Below the pieces are notes generated by a model. It searched no databases, was not told the DNA's origin, and was given only the letters and a program-made list of their open reading frames with translations. From Maritimibacter sp. (GTDB taxonomy: Bacteria; Pseudomonadota; Alphaproteobacteria; Rhodobacterales; Rhodobacteraceae): a DNA stretch of 64,000 nt. Location of the stretch: the NCBI GenBank assembly GCA_003520545.1, contig DOUP01000061.1, positions 1,577 to 65,576 on the forward strand, in the 5' to 3' direction. This document shows positions 49,818-58,398 of this stretch, piece by piece. The translations under genes and the position numbers were made by a program. Positions within the stretch are counted from its first letter, which is position 1. Each line of letters opens with the position of its first letter.

Positions 49818-50927
49818 CTAGTTTGAGTAGGTGAAAGAGATGAAGATTCCATCCAGGACATTTTCAATCGCGAGGCTGCGTTGACCGGTTTCCACGATCA
49901 GGAAACAAGCCGGGCCCATGGACGGGTCCAACTCGGGATAGCCAATCAGGACGGGACCCCGCCCATCGGAAGCCGCGCATTCGGGGTGCAGTTCGAAGAA
50001 ATAGTGCTCCATGATATTAGCATCGTAGATCTCGCGGAGTTCGTTGCCATCAACGGCCCAGCCGTAGCCGCTTCCATCGTCGCTTTCCCAGTACCCTTGG
50101 AGGTGGGACATGAGGCCCGCCATGTCCAGCGATGTCCCCGAGGCCGCCTGCGCAGGGGCGGATGCCGGCTGGACGTTGCGGACGGTGATGTCGGCGCGAT
50201 CACCGGAATAGGTAATCATATCGCCGGAAAGGGTTAGGTTCGTGCCAATATCGAAGACGTTGAGCGCGTCAATGATACCGGGGTCGGTTGGCCCGAGTTC
50301 GGAGAGGACATAACGCCAGCCGTCGGCGTGAAATTCGCACTCCTGAACCTCGGCCGATGCCCAGCAGCCCTGAAACGCGGCCGATATGGTGTAAGGCTCG
50401 CCATAAGTGCCCGGCCCGTTGTCTGGACCATTCAGGTAATCCTCTGCGTAGATGCCTTCATCGACAGGAGCGATCACAGGAGCAGCCGGCGCCTTTTCTT
50501 CTGCGTTAGAGCCTTTTTTGGAGCCGGCGGCGAGAGTCACTGTGTAGTCCGTTCTGCCGGCCAGCTCGATCTCGTTGAAGCCTTCGCGCCGATAACCCCG
50601 ATCAGCGCAGTTTTCGTCTCCGACGATGGTGAATTCGTTCACTTGGGTGCAGAACATATAGTTCGCATGATCCCAACCCGGCGATGCGGCTTCCGCCCGC
50701 CAGTAATAGTGCGAGAGGGGGAGGTCACCCGAGACGAGCGTCTTGCAATCACCCGCACTGACGTTCCACCAACCTTCGGACGTCCACCCTTGGTCACCCT
50801 TGTAGCCGATGGCGACGGCAGCGGTACCGGAGGTGTTATTGCAGACTTCCAACCCGGCCTGCGCGGCCTGGGCGGTGAGACAGAGAGCCGCGAGCGCGGC
50901 CCAGTTAACGAATAGTGAGCGTGTAAT
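49818..50927 (-). CDS. Secreted DUF1036-domain protein (paralogue B); start uncertain
   Basis: Same architecture as paralogue A (GTYGEP, LSGD, QG.W.SDD). Signal peptide begins near ATT 50927 behind GGGGAG; the nearest in-frame ATG is at 51002. Confidence 0.8.
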   Translation of the reverse strand: MTRSLFVNWAALAALCLTAQAAQAGLEVCNNTSGTAAVAIGYKGDQGWTSEGWWNVSAGDCKTLVSGDLPLSHYYWRAEAASPGWDHANYMFCTQVNEFTIVGDENCADRGYRREGFNEIELAGRTDYTVTLAAGSKKGSNAEEKAPAAPVIAPVDEGIYAEDYLNGPDNGPGTYGEPYTISAAFQGCWASAEVQECEFHADGWRYVLSELGPTDPGIIDALNVFDIGTNLTLSGDMITYSGDRADITVRNVQPASAPAQAASGTSLDMAGLMSHLQGYWESDDGSGYGWAVDGNELREIYDANIMEHYFFELHPECAASDGRGPVLIGYPELDPSMGPACFLIVETGQRSLAIENVLDGIFISFTYSN

Positions 50928-51297
50928 CGAGAGACTCCCCGGTATCGACTTGATCGAATTCGCGCCATTCGTAACTGCGGGCGATGCAGTTGTCGGCTCC
51001 ATGAGTAACGAAAGGTTCTTGCATAGCGCAGAACCCATAGTCCGTGTTCGGATTGTCGAACGACACGCTTTTGGCCTGCGATTGAAAATGAACGTAGTAA
51101 TAGCGCTGCTGAAGCGCGCCTTCGACGGGTGTGACGCAGTCGCCGGTCTTGGCAAACCACCACCCGCGCGAAATCCAGCGGCCGTCGTGTTTGTAGCGAA
51201 CACCCGCGCCCAAGAAACTACAAAAACAGAGCCGCGCCTTTGCCAGGGTCGGCATATAGGCGAGCGCCAAGGCCAGCACGGTTTTCAACGTTTCCAC
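50905..51297 (-). CDS. Single-domain DUF1036 protein (paralogue C, divergent)
   Basis: Signal-like N-terminus, WISRGWW...GDC, RYYY, FC...PF...GADNC..RSY, F.QVDTG. Confidence 0.75.
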   Translation of the reverse strand: METLKTVLALALAYMPTLAKARLCFCSFLGAGVRYKHDGRWISRGWWFAKTGDCVTPVEGALQQRYYYVHFQSQAKSVSFDNPNTDYGFCAMQEPFVTHGADNCIARSYEWREFDQVDTGESLDYTLTIR

Positions 51298-51316
51298 GGT
51301 GGCGCCCCCAGCAGCT

Positions 51317-52318
51317 TCACCCCATCGATGCCATGACCATGCGCGAAACATCTGCAAGGCGGCAGGCATATCCCCACTCGTTATCATACCATGCGTAGAT
51401 TTTCACCTGTGTGCCGTTGATAACCATCGTCGAGGGGGCGTCGACGATCGAAGAGCGGCTATCGTTCGTGTAATCGGTGGACACCAGCGGGCGCTTCTCA
51501 AACCCGAGAATGCCTTGCAGCGGGCCGTTTGCAGCGGTTTCCAAAAGATCATTCACTTCTTCGACAGTCGTTTCACGTTCCACCTCGAACACGCAATCTG
51601 TGAGCGATGCGTTGAGCAGTGGGACACGGACCGCGTGGCCATTCAAGCGTCCGGTCAACTCCGGGAAGATCTGGGTGATCGCCCGGGCCGAACCGGTCGT
51701 CGTCGGAATCAGTGAGTTCAGGGCGGATCGGGCGCGGCGGAGGTCTTTTGCCGGTCGGTCGACGATGGTTTGCGTGTTGGTCACGTCGTGAATCGTGGTG
51801 ATCGAGCCATGTTTGATACCGAGCCCTTCGTGGATCACCTTGACCACTGGGGCGAGGCAGTTTGTCGTGCAAGAGGCCGCGGTTATCAGGTCGTGGTCGT
51901 CGTAGAGATCACTGTTCACCCCGTAGACGATGTTCAGCGCGTTGTCCTCTTTCACCGGGGCGGAAACCACGACCTTTTTGACACCCGCCGCGTAGTAGGG
52001 GGCGAGCTTTTCATTGGTCTTGAAGGCGCCCGTGCAGTCGATCACCACGTCCACCCCGTCCAGCGGAAGCTCCTCCAACGTCCAGGATGCGGTCATGGGG
52101 ATACGCGTGGCGTTGATCGTAACGCTGCCGTCGTCATGGGTGATTTCTGCATCCCAGCGTCCGTGCACAGTGTCGAATTCAAACAGGTGCGCATGAATCT
52201 CCGGCGTTCCGACCGGATCATTGAGGAGAACGATTTCGCCCCCGACCCCATTGTCGATGAGTTCGCGCAGAACCAGCTTTCCAATGCGGCCGAGGCCGTT
52301 GATCGCGATGCGTTGCAT
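51317..52318 (-). CDS. ArsJ-associated glyceraldehyde-3-phosphate dehydrogenase
   Basis: [32 protein letters not shown]...[29 protein letters not shown] (arsJ-linked subtype). Confidence 0.93.
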   Translation of the reverse strand: MQRIAINGLGRIGKLVLRELIDNGVGGEIVLLNDPVGTPEIHAHLFEFDTVHGRWDAEITHDDGSVTINATRIPMTASWTLEELPLDGVDVVIDCTGAFKTNEKLAPYYAAGVKKVVVSAPVKEDNALNIVYGVNSDLYDDHDLITAASCTTNCLAPVVKVIHEGLGIKHGSITTIHDVTNTQTIVDRPAKDLRRARSALNSLIPTTTGSARAITQIFPELTGRLNGHAVRVPLLNASLTDCVFEVERETTVEEVNDLLETAANGPLQGILGFEKRPLVSTDYTNDSRSSIVDAPSTMVINGTQVKIYAWYDNEWGYACRLADVSRMVMASMG

Positions 52319-52357
52319 GTGTCTCTCCGTGTCTTTTCCGGCGCCTATGTCATTGGT

Positions 52358-52375
52358 GTAACAGGTCCATGACAG
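52358..52375 (-). promoter_or_regulatory. Pho box (PhoB site) upstream of the gap-DUF1036-arsJ operon
   Basis: Minus strand CTGTCAT-GGAC-CTGTTAC, two heptamers at 11-bp period, 40 nt before the gap ATG. Confidence 0.7.
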
Positions 52376-52381
52376 ACACAA

Positions 52382-53815
52382 TTACAGGGTCACGCCCGCG
52401 CTCAGCCTCATGGCAAAGTTGTCCGTGTCGATGGATCCTTTGACGCCGAGTTCCCCATAAAGCGTAACCACGTGGCCGATGACGATGAGCGCGGGGCCGG
52501 GTAGCGCCGCCTCTTTCACCCTGGCTTCAATATCGGTGAGCGTGCCGGTGATGACCCGTTGGGTGAGTCGTGTGCCATTGTCGATCACGGCCACGGGCAT
52601 ATCGGTATCGACCCCTTGCCCCAGCGCCTTCTGCGCCACTTCGCCCAGCGCATTGAGGCCCATATAGACGACGACGGTCTGTCCTTTGCGGGCATAGCGG
52701 GTCCAGTCATGGTCGAGAACGCCACCCGCGCCATGGGCCGTAATGAACACGCAGCTTTGGGCGTGATCGCGGTGGGTGAGCGGGATGCCGGCAGCGGCGC
52801 CGCAACCTGCGGCGGCAGTGATGCCGGGGACGACTTCGACGGGGATTCCATGTGCTGCTACGTCTTCGAGTTCTTCTCCGCCGCGTCCAAAAATGAATGG
52901 ATCGCCGCCCTTGAGCCGGAGCACGCGCTCACCACGCTGGGCGCGTTCAATCATCAATTTGGTGATTTCATGCTGGGATAGAGTATGATCTCCGGATTTC
53001 TTGCCCACGTAAATGCGTTCGGCATCGCGGCGAACCAGGTCGATGATCCCATCCCCGACGAGGCGGTCATAGAGTACGACATCCGCGTGCTGCATCATGC
53101 GCAGCGCTTTGAACGTGAGAAGGTCGGGGTCACCGGGCCCAGCACCGACAAGCCAGACCTCGCCCCGTTTCAAGTCTTTGTCCGCGCCCCCTTCAAGCTC
53201 GGCGATCAAGCGCTCTTCGGCCAAACCTTCTTCTCCTCCGAGAAAAGCATCGCCCACCGGGCCTTCGATCAGGTTTTCCCAAAAGCGGCGCCGATTTCGA
53301 CCATTGGGAACAGCTTCGTAGATACGGCCCCGGAAGGTCGCGAGAAAGGTCGCGAGACGGCCATAGGCCGCGGGCAACATCGCCTCCATCCGGGCGCGCA
53401 GGATACGCGCGATGACCGGAGCCGCGCCACCTGTGGAGATGGCGATAGTGATCGGTTCCCGCTCCACGATGGAGGGGGTGATGAAATCGCAATAGGATTT
53501 TTCATCCGCGACATTGACCAAGGCGCCCGCCGCTTTGGCGGCACTGTGAAGAAGTGCGTCGCGTTCCGGCTCTTCGGACGCGCCGTAGGCGACGAGGCAG
53601 TCAACGAAGTCGGTCTCGGTCGGCACGCGGGCGTGGTGGGTCAGGCTTGCATTGCCAATAAACGCCGTCACTTCGGGGCCGGGGTCAGGATCGAACACCT
53701 CGACATGGGCGCCTGCGTTCAATGCGCGTTCGATACGACGGGCGGCGACGGTCGTGCCACCATCGACGATGACCCGTTTGCCGGCGACTTCTAGGAAAAT
53801 GGGAAGATAATCCAT
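52382..53815 (-). CDS. cysG: Siroheme synthase
   Basis: MDYLPIFL, NVAD...CDF..P, ISTGGAAPV, LVGAGPGDPDLLT, RLKGGDPFIFGRGGEE. Confidence 0.96.
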   Translation of the reverse strand: MDYLPIFLEVAGKRVIVDGGTTVAARRIERALNAGAHVEVFDPDPGPEVTAFIGNASLTHHARVPTETDFVDCLVAYGASEEPERDALLHSAAKAAGALVNVADEKSYCDFITPSIVEREPITIAISTGGAAPVIARILRARMEAMLPAAYGRLATFLATFRGRIYEAVPNGRNRRRFWENLIEGPVGDAFLGGEEGLAEERLIAELEGGADKDLKRGEVWLVGAGPGDPDLLTFKALRMMQHADVVLYDRLVGDGIIDLVRRDAERIYVGKKSGDHTLSQHEITKLMIERAQRGERVLRLKGGDPFIFGRGGEELEDVAAHGIPVEVVPGITAAAGCGAAAGIPLTHRDHAQSCVFITAHGAGGVLDHDWTRYARKGQTVVVYMGLNALGEVAQKALGQGVDTDMPVAVIDNGTRLTQRVITGTLTDIEARVKEAALPGPALIVIGHVVTLYGELGVKGSIDTDNFAMRLSAGVTL

Positions 53816-53932
53816 GTTCGACCCCTATGTTTGCCTTCCCATGTCACGGGAACTGAGACCCATGTCAAATGCGCATAATCGCATGTTTTCTGACCCTACA
53901 CGACCGTCGCTATGCGGCGTATGGTTAGAGCC

Positions 53933-54958
53933 ATGAACTTCCAACGCCCCTTCACGCCAGACAACCCGCATCCCTTCGCACCCTATGTCGCCATTCTGGC
54001 TCGCGGGAAGACGAAGCAGCGCCCGTTTACCTTCGACGAGGCACGTATGTCGATGCGAATGATCCTGAATGGCGAGGCACTGCCCGAGCAGGTGGGGGCC
54101 TATCTGATGCTCTTGCGACTCAAGGAAGAAACTCCGGAAGAGATCGCCGGGTTTGTCGCCGGGGCGCGGGACAGTTTTCCCGAATTCACCGCGCCGCAGG
54201 TCGAATTGGACTGGTCGAGCTACGCGGGCAAACGCGTGCAGCTTCCATGGTTTCTGCTGTCGGTCCTGGCGTTGGTTGAAACTGGCGTTCGCGTGGTGAT
54301 GCATGGGACCGAGGAGCATACGCCCGGACGCGTCTACACAAGGGCCGTGTTCGAACACTTCGGCCTGCCGATCGCGGATAGTTTCGAAACGGCGGCGGCC
54401 CAGATCGAAACGCGCGGTCTCACGTATCTGCCGCTTCGAGTGATGTCGCCAGCTCTTCAGGACTTGATCGAGTTGAAGCCGGTTCTGGGCCTTCGGTCGC
54501 CGGTGAACAGTTTCACCCGGCTGCTCAACCCCTTTGATGCGCCAACCGTGATGCAGGGGATATTTCATCGGGGCTTTCTGGATATCCATTCCGGGGCCGC
54601 TCAGATTCTGAACATCCCCCAGATGGCGGTGTTTCGTGGCGACGGGGGCGAGATCGAAACACGGCCGAATAAGCCCTGCCCGGTTTGGACGACCCATGGC
54701 TCTGCCGACCCGGTCATTGAGACATGGCCCGCAACATTAGACGATGGCCATGCGCCTGCGGACGAGGTGATGGACGTGTCGCGACTCGCTGCCGTTTGGG
54801 AAGGTCGTGACGAGGGTGTCTATGCTTTGAACGCCGTGATCGGGACTTTGGCCGTGACGCTTCGCACGATGGGTCGCGCCGGCACTCCGCCGGAAGCCTG
54901 GGACATGGCGCAGGAGGTTTGGCGGAACCGCGACCGAACAGCGCTCCCCCTGACCTGA
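53933..54958 (+). CDS. YbiB/TrpD2-like protein (glycosyl transferase family 3)
   Basis: QVGAYLMLLRLKEET, DWSSYAGKR.QLPW, LGLRSPVNS..RLLNP, GDGGEIE. Confidence 0.85.
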   Translation: MNFQRPFTPDNPHPFAPYVAILARGKTKQRPFTFDEARMSMRMILNGEALPEQVGAYLMLLRLKEETPEEIAGFVAGARDSFPEFTAPQVELDWSSYAGKRVQLPWFLLSVLALVETGVRVVMHGTEEHTPGRVYTRAVFEHFGLPIADSFETAAAQIETRGLTYLPLRVMSPALQDLIELKPVLGLRSPVNSFTRLLNPFDAPTVMQGIFHRGFLDIHSGAAQILNIPQMAVFRGDGGEIETRPNKPCPVWTTHGSADPVIETWPATLDDGHAPADEVMDVSRLAAVWEGRDEGVYALNAVIGTLAVTLRTMGRAGTPPEAWDMAQEVWRNRDRTALPLT

Positions 54959-55010
54959 CGGTTTGACCGAGGGACACGCGCGTTCTATCAGTTTCAAAAC
55001 GGAGGCCCCC

Positions 55011-55622
55011 ATGGCGAACCATCTATATCAGGGCGATCTGCCCGACGACCTCGACCTTGGCCCGGTGGTCGCGATCGATTGCGAAACCATGGGCCTTAAC
55101 CCACATCGTGACCGCCTTTGCGTTGTGCAAATGTCGGGCGGCGACGGGAACGCGCATCTGGTGCAGGTGGCTCTGGGGCAAGAGAGCGCGCCGAACCTCG
55201 AGCGGATGCTGACGAATCCGGACGTGTTGAAGATTTTCCACTTCGGACGGTTCGATATTGCCGCGCTGCTCAATGCCTTCGGTGTTGTGACGGCCCCGGT
55301 CTATTGCACGAAAATCGCGTCCAAGTTGGTGCGGACCTACACGGACCGTCACGGGCTCAAGAATCTTCTGGAAGAGTTGCTGCGGATCGACATTTCGAAA
55401 ATGCAGCAACAGTCGGATTGGGGCGCAAAAGAGCTGACGGAAGCGCAGTTGGATTATGCGGCGTCAGATGTGCTCTATTTGCATCGGTTAAAGGACAAGC
55501 TCGACTCACGGTTGGCGCGCGAGGGTCGTACGGAGATGGCGCAGGCCTGTTTCGACTTCCTTCCGATGCGTGCGCGGCTCGATCTGGCAGGTTGGCCGGA
55601 AACCGATATTTTCGCGCACTGA
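55011..55622 (+). CDS. rnd: Ribonuclease D (short 3'-5' exonuclease form)
   Basis: AIDCETMGL...RDRLC, FHFGRFD, QQSDWG, YAASDV. Confidence 0.95.
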   Translation: MANHLYQGDLPDDLDLGPVVAIDCETMGLNPHRDRLCVVQMSGGDGNAHLVQVALGQESAPNLERMLTNPDVLKIFHFGRFDIAALLNAFGVVTAPVYCTKIASKLVRTYTDRHGLKNLLEELLRIDISKMQQQSDWGAKELTEAQLDYAASDVLYLHRLKDKLDSRLAREGRTEMAQACFDFLPMRARLDLAGWPETDIFAH

Positions 55623-55861
55623 ATTCCTGCGCCTGTTTGATCTGGTCCCATTGACAAGACTCACATTGAGGCGTCCAATAATCCCGATGCATGAAGCACA
55701 CAAACCCGCTTTGCGCCGCGAACTTCGGACTTCGCAGCACACAGTACGCCACGGGAAACCGGGCGGGGCGCTTCTCATAAACTCCTGTAATCCGTCCCTT
55801 TTTCAGTCACTTACGCATTCCGCGTAAGGGTCTTGGGACCATCTATCCATGAGGAGGAAAG

Positions 55862-56437
55862 ATGCAGTATCAAATCAGCGGAAAACAAATCGATATCGGT
55901 GAAGCCCTTCAGGTTTACGTGAAAGAAGGCCTTGGGGCCGCCGTCCAAAAATACGCTGAACGACCGACCGACGCGCAGGTCATTTTCTCGAAATCCGCGA
56001 ATGAATTTGCGTGCGAAGCGATCGTGCATCTGTCGACGGGTCTGACCGCGCAGGCAAGCGCGCATTCCCACGATATCCACAGCGCCTTCGATCAATGTGC
56101 CGAGAAAATGGAGAAACAACTGCGCCGCTATAAGCGTCGGTTGAAGGATCATCACAAGGATCGGGTCAACCCGGTTGAAGTTTTCGAGGGAGCCTCGTAT
56201 ATCCTCGCCGCTGAAGACGGGCCCGATGAATCGGAACCGGAAGGCATGGAGCCCATAATCATTGCCGAGATGGAAACGCGAATTCCTTCGCTTTCGGTCG
56301 GCGAGGCTGTCATGCAAATGGAGTTGGCACATGCGCCCGTGCTTGTGTTCAGGAACGAAAAGTCGAGCGGCGTGAACGTGGTTTACCGTCGTGAAGATGG
56401 GAACATTGGTTGGATCGACCCCGGTAGCCAAGCCTGA
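55862..56437 (+). CDS. hpf: Ribosome hibernation promoting factor (long HPF/RaiA)
   Basis: ISGKQIDIGEAL, KQLRRYKRRLKDH, VVYRREDGNIGWIDP. Confidence 0.96.
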   Translation: MQYQISGKQIDIGEALQVYVKEGLGAAVQKYAERPTDAQVIFSKSANEFACEAIVHLSTGLTAQASAHSHDIHSAFDQCAEKMEKQLRRYKRRLKDHHKDRVNPVEVFEGASYILAAEDGPDESEPEGMEPIIIAEMETRIPSLSVGEAVMQMELAHAPVLVFRNEKSSGVNVVYRREDGNIGWIDPGSQA

Positions 56438-56486
56438 ACACCAAAGGTGTTTTACGGAGACCCGGTCGGATTGAGTAGTGAGACTT

Positions 56487-56951
56487 ATGCAACTATCCGA
56501 AATCCTTCGGCCCGCCGCCGTTAAGGTTGTGGGAACTGTATCTTCCAAGAAACGCCTGTTTCAGGATCTCGGGGAGCTTGTGTCCACAACGTACAACCTC
56601 GATGGGGCGGCGGCGTTCGCCGCCCTCCAAGAGCGTGAAAACCTGGGTCCGACCGGCGTCGGCCATGGCGTCGCGCTGCCGCATGCACGCATCGAAGGTC
56701 TGGACAAAGTTGTCGGGGCTTTCCTGCGGCTCGACAAGCCGGTTGATTTCGACTCGGTTGATCGGCAGCCTGTCGACCTCGTCTTTGCGCTGTTCGCGCC
56801 GGATGGATCCGGTGTCGATCACCTGAAAGCGCTGGCTTTGGTGTCGCGGACCATGCGCGATCAGAGCGTCACGGCGAAACTTCGCGCGAACAACGATGCG
56901 GAAACGCTCCACACGATCCTGACGGACGCCCAGGCGATCCGCGCAGCGTAG
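56487..56951 (+). CDS. ptsN: PTS IIA nitrogen-regulatory protein
   Basis: SKKRLFQ, ERENLGPTGVGHGVALPHAR, DRQPVDL, HLKALA. Confidence 0.96.
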   Translation: MQLSEILRPAAVKVVGTVSSKKRLFQDLGELVSTTYNLDGAAAFAALQERENLGPTGVGHGVALPHARIEGLDKVVGAFLRLDKPVDFDSVDRQPVDLVFALFAPDGSGVDHLKALALVSRTMRDQSVTAKLRANNDAETLHTILTDAQAIRAA

Positions 56952-58391
56952 TCAGCCGCCTTCGCGATCCCATTTCCTGAACCCGAACGCCATGTAGTCG
57001 CGCGCATAGGCATTGCGGACGGCTTTTTCGACTTCGTCGTCGTAGAAGGTCCCAATCGGAAACGGCTCGGACGGAATCGTTTCGCCCAAGGGCGGCGGAT
57101 CGATCCCGACCTCCATGCACAACGCCGCGAGACCTTCGTGGACCTGTCGTTCACGCAAGACGTGGTCGGGGGCGACAAACTCGGAAAACCCGCGCAGGAT
57201 GACATCCTGTGTCGCCCAGAGTGGGTCGACTGGATGCGGACTCGAGCCGCCGAGCGTCGCGGCAACGAACTGCATGAATTTCAAGAAAGCGGCCCGGTGA
57301 CGCACGCGGTCGTAGTCGGGCCCGATCGGCGTGTCCCACGGGATATCCAGATCGTACTTTTCGATCAGCCCGTGGCGAAGCTCCCAGTTGGTCCAGGGCG
57401 TGTCATTCAGCACCCAACGGCAGAATACAGAATGGGCCCGTTCAACGGGGTGACGCAGAACAGTGAAGGTCCGGTGCCCCTTGTTCTGGTTCTTCCATTG
57501 ACGGAGTTCTTTTTGCGTGAAGCCGTTCGTAAGTTCATCCCGGTGCACTTTGTCGATCGAGCCAAGCCAATCGCGGATTTCCTGATCCAAGGCGCCGGGA
57601 ATGGGCATGAAGCACAGTGGGGCATCCTTGGCGGTGATATAGGTGGGAACTTGCGGACCCCGATGCGGCTCGAAATTCGGGAGCGTGCCGAGATCGTATC
57701 TGTCGATCTCGTTCACCGTTTCTTCGAGCAGCTCGAAGTTGCGCACCTTATCGGCCAGAGGCTCAGGGTTCTGCTTTTTGAACTTGCCCGCGAATTGCTG
57801 AATCCTGTGCGTTTCACCCAAGTAACGCGCAAGCCCGTTGACCACCTTCAGGTCCTGAATGTCGTCGTAGTCAATGTAAAACCCGGCCTGCCCCGCAACC
57901 TGGAGCCGGCGCGCGATGTTCTGTTGGCGCTCTTTCACGGTGTAGTAGAAATGCTTGAAATCTTTCGGGTCGAACTTCACCCGCCAGGTCTTGCGGTCCA
58001 CGTCGTCGCCCAACCGCCATTGTTTGGTGGACCAGGCGATCCGCTGGCTCACCCATGCGTCCACGAGGTTCCGGTTGAGAATGATCTTGGCGCAGCGTGG
58101 GTCCTCGATGACATGCTCGAAGACCCGGGGGTCGTGATCGTGGAACAGGCGAAAGCCGGGGATACCGTCCGTATTCTCCCTCATCGCGGCGATCAGGCGC
58201 ATGGGGTCGGCGTCACGTTGCGCCATGGTGACGCCAAAGAGCTCGGTCCGCTCTGGATCGACGATCAGGTACGGGTTGAAGGCTTCACCATAACAAGTGA
58301 TGCCCGGAAACTCGTTCAGGTTGGATTCAAGAAAATTCGACCCGGTGCGCATTTCTGCAAGGATGACGAAGTAGTCGAAGGGGCGGTCCAT
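56952..58391 (-). CDS. Two-domain sulfotransferase-family protein (NodH/Stf0-like)
   Basis: MRTGSNFLE PAPS loop, GEAFNP; second domain with VLRHPVERA. Confidence 0.85.
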   Translation of the reverse strand: MDRPFDYFVILAEMRTGSNFLESNLNEFPGITCYGEAFNPYLIVDPERTELFGVTMAQRDADPMRLIAAMRENTDGIPGFRLFHDHDPRVFEHVIEDPRCAKIILNRNLVDAWVSQRIAWSTKQWRLGDDVDRKTWRVKFDPKDFKHFYYTVKERQQNIARRLQVAGQAGFYIDYDDIQDLKVVNGLARYLGETHRIQQFAGKFKKQNPEPLADKVRNFELLEETVNEIDRYDLGTLPNFEPHRGPQVPTYITAKDAPLCFMPIPGALDQEIRDWLGSIDKVHRDELTNGFTQKELRQWKNQNKGHRTFTVLRHPVERAHSVFCRWVLNDTPWTNWELRHGLIEKYDLDIPWDTPIGPDYDRVRHRAAFLKFMQFVAATLGGSSPHPVDPLWATQDVILRGFSEFVAPDHVLRERQVHEGLAALCMEVGIDPPPLGETIPSEPFPIGTFYDDEVEKAVRNAYARDYMAFGFRKWDREGG

Positions 58392-58398
58392 GATCGTC

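Noticed and set aside
51003..51203. N-terminal extension of the 461-aa ORF 49818-51203
   Set aside because: Overlaps the DUF1036-C coding frame and precedes the evident signal peptide; unlikely to be translated.
53838..53870. Possible second Pho box between cysG and the ybiB-like gene
   Set aside because: The TGTCA units are 21 bp apart and the middle unit is out of 11-bp phase.
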